From an uncultured Bdellovibrio sp. (GTDB lineage: Bacteria > Bdellovibrionota > Bdellovibrionia > Bdellovibrionales > Bdellovibrionaceae): 64,000 bases of DNA. This document shows positions 57,706 through 64,000 of the stretch, one piece after another (positions within the stretch are counted from its first letter, which is position 1; each line of letters opens with the position of its first letter). The translations under genes and the position numbers were made by a program. The stretch spans positions 62,775-126,774 of the forward strand of contig CAWVRN010000009.1 in the NCBI GenBank assembly GCA_963932905.1, written 5' to 3'. A model generated the notes under the pieces. It saw nothing but the letters and a program-made list of their open reading frames with translations, made no database searches and had not been told where the DNA came from.

Positions 57706-58125
57706 ATGAATAACTATGAAATAGAATTGAAATCGTTTTTTTTAGATCAAGTTTCACAAGCAATCTCTGATAACGAGAAGAACTTTCTAGAGCTAAAGGA
57801 AGACCCATCGAATGCAGCTTTGGTAGATAAGATATTTCGTTGGACCCATAGCCTTAAAGGAGGCGCAAGAGCCTTAGGTTTTTTCCAGCTAGGGGTCTTC
57901 AACCATGAACTTGAGTCTGTGCTGCTAAAGATTAGAAATAAAGAATTGGTCGCGAACAAAATAACCGTAAACTTACTACTTCGCTGCAATGATCAAATGC
58001 GTATATTTGTAAATACGTGGCAAAAAAATCAAACGGACGCAGTGGATTGCAAAGAGTTAGTCGATGAAATTCGCTTATTGAGCGGCTTTGAAGACACAGT
58101 GGACGGGGGGAAAGGCGCCACTTAA
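57706..58125 (+). CDS. Stand-alone Hpt (CheA P1-like) phosphotransfer protein
   Basis: IFRWTHSLKGGARALGF...HELESVL. Confidence 0.85.
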   Translation: MNNYEIELKSFFLDQVSQAISDNEKNFLELKEDPSNAALVDKIFRWTHSLKGGARALGFFQLGVFNHELESVLLKIRNKELVANKITVNLLLRCNDQMRIFVNTWQKNQTDAVDCKELVDEIRLLSGFEDTVDGGKGAT

Positions 58126-58234
58126 GCCAAATTCTGTGTGGGATTTCTGCCCCGAAAAACCGCTGTAGGGCGAATAAATTAGATTTCGTCATGGCCAAAA
58201 ATTTGCTTTTAGAAACAATGACTTAGGAGTCAGC

Positions 58235-59839
58235 ATGAATACCGTTCATCCGGAAGAAAGCATTTCGCCATGGTCGGCAACTGTCGAGATGCCTGAGTTT
58301 TCACCGTTGCGAAACGACATCACAGTTGATGTTTGTGTTGTCGGAGGTGGCATTGGTGGTTTAACAACAGCCTACTTGTTAATGAAGGAAGGCAAAACGG
58401 TGTGCGTACTGGAGAGCTTCGAGCTAGGTAGCGGGCAAACTGCCCGTACGACAGCACAGTTTTCAAATGTATTAGGTCATCGTTATTATGAACTTGAAAA
58501 ATTGCATGGTTTGGATGGCGCAAAGCTAGTGGCGCGCAGCCATACGGCCGCAATTGAAAAAGTAGCGCAAATAATTCATGAAGAAAATATCGACTGTGAA
58601 TTTGAACGAATTTCCGGATATTTGTTCCAAAGTGAAAAAGATAGGCAAGACGATAGTCAAACCGATACTTTAGAAAGGGAATTTGAAGCCTGTCAGCAGG
58701 TAGGATTAAATGCAGTCGTAAAATTAGAAAGTATGCCAATTAAAGGATTTAACCGTTCTAGTCTGCGCTTTCCGAAGCAAGCACAGCTGCATCCGTTAAA
58801 ATATTTAAAACGTTTGGCAGAAATTTTAAATGATGGTGGTGTGCAAATATACACGCATTCATTTGCGGAAAAATTTCAAGGTGGCAAAGATAGTTTTGTT
58901 AGAACTCGTGATGGACACACCGTGAAATGTCAATCGATTGTGGTGGCTACAAATACTCCCATTAATGACATGTTTGCACTTCATACAAAACAATATGCCT
59001 ATCGTAGCTATGTGCTTGCATTTAGAATTCCTGAAGATGTAGTGGAAAGCGCACTTTATTGGGACACCGAAGATCCCTATCATTATGTTCGTTGCGAGTC
59101 AGGTCATACCCTTATAGTGGGTGGTGAAGACCATAAGACAGGGCAAGAGCTACATCCTGAACGTTGCTATGAACGTCTGGAAACTTGGGCACGGAAACAT
59201 TTCTCGTTTCTAGGCGAAGTTTTATATCGTTGGTCAGGACAGGTAATGGAGCCGATGGATGGTCTTGGGTTTTTAGGACGTAATCCTGGCGATTATGATA
59301 ATGTCTACGTGATCACGGGGGATGCTGGCAATGGTATGACTCATGGGACGATCGGTGCAATGTTGGTTTCGGATCAAATCATGAACAGAAAAAATCAATG
59401 GGAATCCTTGTATAGTCCATCGCGCATTTCGTTGCGAGCCACCTCCACTTTCTTAAAAGAAAATTTAAATACCGCCGCTCAGTATGCGGATTGGGTCACA
59501 ACAAAGTCGGTAAATACATTGGACGACTTATCTTATGGCGAAGGGAAAGTCTTTCGCGATGGATTTCAATTGGTTGCAGCCTATCGAAATGAAAATGGAG
59601 CCTGCCACACAGTGTCTGCTGTATGTCCTCACCTGGGTGGTGTTGTGTCTTGGAATTCGGCGGAAAAGTCTTGGGATTGTCCTTGTCATGGGTCCAGATT
59701 TGATGGCCATGGTAAAGTCATCGAAGGTCCTGCCATCACGGATTTGAAACCCATCGATTATGTCCAGCCAGCAATGACGGCAGAACGAGTTGTGCCAACA
59801 TTGCCGACTTATGGGACAGATGACTTATCACCAGTTTAG
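58235..59839 (+). CDS. FAD-dependent oxidoreductase with C-terminal Rieske domain (YhfW-like)
   Basis: [26 protein letters not shown] and [10 protein letters not shown]. Confidence 0.93.
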   Translation: MNTVHPEESISPWSATVEMPEFSPLRNDITVDVCVVGGGIGGLTTAYLLMKEGKTVCVLESFELGSGQTARTTAQFSNVLGHRYYELEKLHGLDGAKLVARSHTAAIEKVAQIIHEENIDCEFERISGYLFQSEKDRQDDSQTDTLEREFEACQQVGLNAVVKLESMPIKGFNRSSLRFPKQAQLHPLKYLKRLAEILNDGGVQIYTHSFAEKFQGGKDSFVRTRDGHTVKCQSIVVATNTPINDMFALHTKQYAYRSYVLAFRIPEDVVESALYWDTEDPYHYVRCESGHTLIVGGEDHKTGQELHPERCYERLETWARKHFSFLGEVLYRWSGQVMEPMDGLGFLGRNPGDYDNVYVITGDAGNGMTHGTIGAMLVSDQIMNRKNQWESLYSPSRISLRATSTFLKENLNTAAQYADWVTTKSVNTLDDLSYGEGKVFRDGFQLVAAYRNENGACHTVSAVCPHLGGVVSWNSAEKSWDCPCHGSRFDGHGKVIEGPAITDLKPIDYVQPAMTAERVVPTLPTYGTDDLSPV

Positions 59840-59842
59840 TCG

Positions 59843-60235
59843 CTAGTAGCAATGCATAATGTAGACGTTGTCGTGGATAGAAAGGAACGCACGCTTTTGA
59901 CCTTCAACTACGCGCAGTAAAGAAGCGCCGTAATAAGCGCCTCCGTCTTTTTCTATGCTTTTCTCAGCGGCTAAAATAGTCGTTGAATCGTGAGCAATTA
60001 AATCTTTTAGGCCGGACCGTACGGGTAGGCTTAATGGTGGAGCCGCATCGGTATCACCTTCACTTATTTCTTCAAACTGAATGACAAGTTTCGCAGTTTT
60101 GCCGCCATCATCAGATTGAATTTTTAATTCTGCCAAAGCATAGCCATTCGTGCTGCATTTTAAAAGATCAGTCGTTTCAGCAAAAGCCATTGAAGTTAGA
60201 ACGAGGGAAAAGAATAGGAAAATAAATTTAGTCAT
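59843..60235 (-). CDS. Hypothetical secreted protein
   Basis: RBS aaggag; signal peptide; Cys near both ends. Confidence 0.7.
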   Translation of the reverse strand: MTKFIFLFFSLVLTSMAFAETTDLLKCSTNGYALAELKIQSDDGGKTAKLVIQFEEISEGDTDAAPPLSLPVRSGLKDLIAHDSTTILAAEKSIEKDGGAYYGASLLRVVEGQKRAFLSIHDNVYIMHCY

Positions 60236-60354
60236 AAAAACTCCTTTGCCAGTGATAATGCCACGATTTCTGTCGGCGTGAAGGAATACTTAAATTTGAG
60301 GAAGAGTAATTGATGTAAGATGTTAATATTACTTGGCAATGTTGTAATTTAAAA

Positions 60355-62772
60355 TTAGCTTGAACGAGTGGTTTCGTCTAAATATTTTTCTAGAATCTGG
60401 CCCAGTTTTTCGATCGTGACTGGTTTAGCTATATGATCGTTCATACCGGCAGATCGGCATACTTTTGCCTCGCCCGCCATCGCATTGGCGGTCAATGCAA
60501 GGATAGGAATATTGCAATACGGAAACTCTTTGCTTTGTCGAATTATTCGCGAGGCTTCGTAGCCATCCATTTCTGGCATTTGGCAGTCCATTAAAATCAG
60601 ATCATACGGAATTTCATTTAAAGTTTTTAAAACTTCCTTACCGTTAGCTACAGCATCCGCGTGGTAGCCCAGTTTTTGTAGCATCTTAGTTGTGATTAAC
60701 TGATTTACTAAATTATCTTCGGCGACAAGAATTCTAGCTTTGCGAGTTCTAGATGATGAGGCTAACGGCACTTCCGTTTCGGCTTTTTTTAAAGGTTTAA
60801 TCGATGATTTTTTCAAGGTGATATCAAATGTAAACGTCGATCCTGAGCCTTCTTCACTTTGAATAGAAATATGACCATTCATTTTTTCGATCAAGCTTTT
60901 GCAAATGGTCAATCCCAATCCGGTCCCCCCGAAATGGCGGTGAGTGGACGCATCACCTTGAGTGAATGGTCGAAATAGGCGATCTTGGATTTCTATTGGA
61001 ATTCCGATACCAGTATCTTTAACTTCAAATTTTATATGAGCTTCGACGTCTGTTTCGTAAATGGGATAGGCGCAAAGTGAAACGGAACCTTTGTTTGTAA
61101 ATTTGATGGCGTTTCCAATTAAATTAAACAATACCTGCTTTAAACGTCCGGGATCACCCTTGAATGCCACCGGCATATTGCTGGCGATATCAGTGCTGAA
61201 TTTGATATTTTTTTTGTCTGCAGAAAAAATTAATGTTTTTCTAACATCTTCGATCGCGTCAGATAAATTAAAATCAATCATTTCAAAATCTAATTTACCG
61301 GCTTCGATTTTTGAGAAATCCAATATGTCATTGATGACGGTCAAAAGAGTTTCTCCGGATCGACGAATGGTATTGACGTAATCCTGCTGCTCCGACGATA
61401 GGTTTGTGTCTGATAATAAACCGGTCATACCAATCACGCCGTTGATGGGAGTGCGAATTTCGTGACTCACGTTGGATAAGAATTCCGATTTCAGTTTCGA
61501 GGCCACTTGCGCCGAATGTTCACGTACAGCTAAGTCGGCACGATCTTTCTCTGCCTGTTTGCGCAAATCGATATCTTCAATGATAGAAATAAAGTAGTCA
61601 GGTTGGCCGTTTTGTTTCCAGACTAGGGCCACAGTCAGATTCACCCAAACTGTTGATTGGTCTTTCTTGATGTAGCGCTTTTCCATCGTGTATTGATCGA
61701 TTTCGTGATTCAACATTTGATTAAGTAGCGAAATATCTTGATTTAAATCATCAGGGTGTGTGATTTGTTGAAACGATAGATTTAATAATTCAGTTTCCGT
61801 ATAACCAACGATTTCGCATATTTTACGATTGACGCGAAGCCATTTACCTTCGGGGCTTACATGTGCAATGCCGACGCCGGCTTGATTGAACGTAGCTGCT
61901 AGCTGACGTTCTAATTTTTTGTTTTCAGTGATATCCATTTGAGTCAAAATTAAATACTTTTCACCATTGAGTTCAAAAACACTTCCGTTGTTAGTTACGA
62001 CAAGCTGGCGACCTGATTTAGTGTATAATTTCATTTCTAGATTGCGTGAATTTCTGTGATCTTTTAAACGCTGACGAGCTACTTCTCGCTCTTTTTCATC
62101 CTGAACGATACCCAATTCGATGGTCGTTTTGCCAAGAACTTCTTCTTTTGAAAACTCAAATAACTCGGTCCATGCCGAATTGACGTCGCAAAATCGCCCA
62201 TCGGGCCAGCTTAACAATGATTTTGGTAAGGGTGAATTTTCGTAAATAGTTAAAAACTTCTGTTCATTTTCACGAAGGCGATCTTGGTGTCTTTGTTTTT
62301 CTGTGATGTCTTCTGAATATAGAATGACGCCACCAATATCGTTTTCGTCATTATACCAAGGTCGAATTTCCCAGCGGTACCAGTGCCAGGATCCATTTAT
62401 CATAAATTTTTCGCCTTCATTTTTTTCTACAGCGCCAGCTAAACAGCGTAAATGAATGTCCCGGCGTTTAGCAGAAGTAGGAAATAAATCATAATGGCTT
62501 AAGCCACGTACCGGTCGTTTTTCAATTTTGTGACTGACAAACCATTGATCACTGCAGAATAGATAGCGCATATCTTTATCTAACATCGCTACCGAGTAAG
62601 GACACTGTTCAACGAACATACGAAGGCGATGTTCGCTCGATTCAAGTTCATCCATAGCGCGACGTTTGCCTTCGTTATATTCTTGATCACGTCGAGCGAT
62701 TTTTTGGAAACCTTTCCAAGTTATCAAAACGGTCATGATAGAATAAATAGCAATAGTTAAAACAAAGTCCAT
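60355..62772 (-). CDS. Hybrid sensor histidine kinase (3 PAS, HisKA, HATPase, REC)
   Basis: KSEFLSNVSHEIRTPING, NAIKFT, GGTGLGL; receiver AEDN...LMDCQMPEMDG...KP. Confidence 0.95.
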   Translation of the reverse strand: MDFVLTIAIYSIMTVLITWKGFQKIARRDQEYNEGKRRAMDELESSEHRLRMFVEQCPYSVAMLDKDMRYLFCSDQWFVSHKIEKRPVRGLSHYDLFPTSAKRRDIHLRCLAGAVEKNEGEKFMINGSWHWYRWEIRPWYNDENDIGGVILYSEDITEKQRHQDRLRENEQKFLTIYENSPLPKSLLSWPDGRFCDVNSAWTELFEFSKEEVLGKTTIELGIVQDEKEREVARQRLKDHRNSRNLEMKLYTKSGRQLVVTNNGSVFELNGEKYLILTQMDITENKKLERQLAATFNQAGVGIAHVSPEGKWLRVNRKICEIVGYTETELLNLSFQQITHPDDLNQDISLLNQMLNHEIDQYTMEKRYIKKDQSTVWVNLTVALVWKQNGQPDYFISIIEDIDLRKQAEKDRADLAVREHSAQVASKLKSEFLSNVSHEIRTPINGVIGMTGLLSDTNLSSEQQDYVNTIRRSGETLLTVINDILDFSKIEAGKLDFEMIDFNLSDAIEDVRKTLIFSADKKNIKFSTDIASNMPVAFKGDPGRLKQVLFNLIGNAIKFTNKGSVSLCAYPIYETDVEAHIKFEVKDTGIGIPIEIQDRLFRPFTQGDASTHRHFGGTGLGLTICKSLIEKMNGHISIQSEEGSGSTFTFDITLKKSSIKPLKKAETEVPLASSSRTRKARILVAEDNLVNQLITTKMLQKLGYHADAVANGKEVLKTLNEIPYDLILMDCQMPEMDGYEASRIIRQSKEFPYCNIPILALTANAMAGEAKVCRSAGMNDHIAKPVTIEKLGQILEKYLDETTRSS

Positions 62773-62968
62773 TCATACAGTTTAGCGGCATTTCGACAGG
62801 GAATAACTATATTTCGGCTCCATTTTTCTTGAGGAAAAGTGATTTCAAGAAAAAACAACACGTTGGCGCTTCAGGATGATTGTTGCTTCAAATTGGTTGA
62901 GCACAGTAACGAGTGTGTTAGTCTAAGCACTTAATATCTTGCGCATTTAATGTGTTTGCTAATTCGAG

Positions 62969-62997
62969 TTGACAAAAGTAAGCGCGCTTACTATAAT
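62969..62997 (+). promoter_or_regulatory. Consensus sigma70 promoter with an embedded perfect 16-bp palindrome (probable MarR operator)
   Basis: TTGACA-17 nt-TATAAT; agtaagcgcgcttact at 62977-62992. Confidence 0.85.
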
Positions 62998-63015
62998 GGG
63001 AAAACGAGGTGAAGC

Positions 63016-63260
63016 ATGATTATTACAAAACATACAATTAAAACAACAGCGGCTCCTGAGGACATATGGTCTATGTGGAGCAACATCGCAGCATGGAATC
63101 AGTGGGATCATGGTATTGAATCAGGACATTTGGATGGCGCGTTCGCTGAACGGGGGTGCTGACTTTCATTTTTGCCAAGCTCATCGGTAGCGGTATAAAA
63201 AAAGATATGCCCGGTTGTATGGAAAAACTGGTACAAATAGCAGAGGCGAAGTCGTCATAA
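63016..63260 (+). pseudogene. SRPBCC/polyketide cyclase family pseudogene (internal deletion and frameshift)
   Basis: RBS gaggtg; MIITKHTIKTTAAPEDIWSMWSNIAAWNQWDHGIESGHLDGAF then a stop at 63160-63162. The family-like C-terminus LTFIFAKLIGSGIKKDMPGCMEKLVQIAE follows at once in another frame. Confidence 0.75.
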
Positions 63261-63281
63261 TTTGGTGACAAAAAGGAATAT

Positions 63282-63731
63282 TTGAAAAAAAACAATTTAG
63301 AGACCCAGTTCCCTGATTCAAAAGAAAGTTTGGGATTTTCCTTGTGGAAAGTCTCAAATAAATTGCAACGATTGCATCGAAGCGGCCTGAAAGAAATCAA
63401 TCTGACGCCCACTCAGTTTTCACTGCTGGCGTGTATAGTTTATATGGACTCTTCAGGTGAAGTGATGACTCAGTCCTTCTTGTGTCAGCATACGCAAATG
63501 GATAAAATGCTGGTGTCTGACGTGATTAAGTCGCTAGTAACAAAAAAACTGGTATCAAAGAAAGATAATCCAAAGGATTCCCGCGCATTCGTGATTGCTG
63601 CCACAGACGAGGGAACGAAGATGGCAAATAAAGCTGTAAAAATCGTCGAAGATATTGATAATGAATTCTTCTCCAAAGTTAGAAATCGATCTGCATTTAA
63701 CTTTGACTTAATCAACCTTTTGGCCGATTAG
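63282..63731 (+). CDS. MarR family transcriptional regulator
   Basis: GFSLWKVSN...LTPTQFSLLA...DKMLVSDVIKSL..KKLV...DSRA. Confidence 0.9.
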   Translation: MKKNNLETQFPDSKESLGFSLWKVSNKLQRLHRSGLKEINLTPTQFSLLACIVYMDSSGEVMTQSFLCQHTQMDKMLVSDVIKSLVTKKLVSKKDNPKDSRAFVIAATDEGTKMANKAVKIVEDIDNEFFSKVRNRSAFNFDLINLLAD

Positions 63732-63791
63732 GTCATACCTACGCTTGACTTTATTTCCTATAGAATTTTAGAATTGTTATTCCTATAGTGC

Positions 63792-63876
63792 GCGCCCGTG
63801 GTGAAATTGGTAGACACGTACGCTTGAGGTGCGTAAGTCGAAAGATGTGGCGGTTCAAGTCCGCCCGGGCGCACCA
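63792..63876 (+). tRNA. tRNA-Leu (anticodon GAG)
   Basis: Acceptor stem gcgcccg/cgggcgc; D-loop aattggtaga; anticodon arm tacgc-ttGAGgt-gcgta; long variable arm; T-loop ttcaagt; encoded CCA. Confidence 0.96.
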
Positions 63877-63911
63877 TTCTGGCAAGTATTCGAACTGCGA
63901 TGCCGTCTTGT

Positions 63912-63937
63912 GGTCCATTCCGGGGACATGGGTAACA
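63912..63937. mobile_element. Possible degenerate IS481-family terminal inverted repeat downstream of the tRNA
   Basis: ggtccattccggggacatgggtaaca resembles IS481-type ends as recalled; no transposase is visible in the window. Confidence 0.3.
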
Positions 63938-64000
63938 GTTTATTCCGGTTCTACACGGCCCATGGTGGGTAATTTCAAAAAGTCATTCAAGCACAAGCAT

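Noticed and set aside
63071..63412. 113-aa minus-strand ORF
   Set aside because: It is antisense to the SRPBCC remnant and MarR and has no recognisable features.

Overview
This window looks like chromosomal DNA from a Bdellovibrionota-like predatory bacterium. That is an inference from the Agl-Glt-type operon, the FQNC-type lipobox and the many secreted hypothetical proteins; no marker gene is present. In order it contains: a 5'-truncated radical SAM gene; a divergent Coq4/TetR pair; a 10-gene Agl-Glt (TolQR/TonB-type gliding) operon; large lipoproteins; an App1-family phosphatase; PEP carboxylase; an OPT transporter; a PA2779/PA2778 pair; an AT-rich accessory stretch (NHL proteins, beta-helix protein, GH26, 1600-aa M48 peptidase/ABC1 kinase fusion); a SNF2 helicase; xth; phosphorelay parts; a MarR-linked SRPBCC pseudogene; and tRNA-Leu(GAG). 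The standout is a six-gene operon at 48138-54023, with overlapping stop/start junctions. It encodes a cupin/MetRS-like hydrazine synthetase, a FAD oxidase, an MbtG-like lysine N6-hydroxylase, a GNAT/LuxI-like acyltransferase, a methyltransferase and a small cupin. A divergent LysR, a DMT exporter and a C39-like peptidase lie beside it. It appears to be a carrier-protein-free N-N-bond natural product cluster in a probable predator. Other notable signals are two long palindromic elements (one pair brackets a passenger gene), a shared terminal C-L-x-F-Y motif in three unrelated secreted proteins, and an unannotated 31-aa ORF. All calls come from reading motifs by eye; no searches were run.
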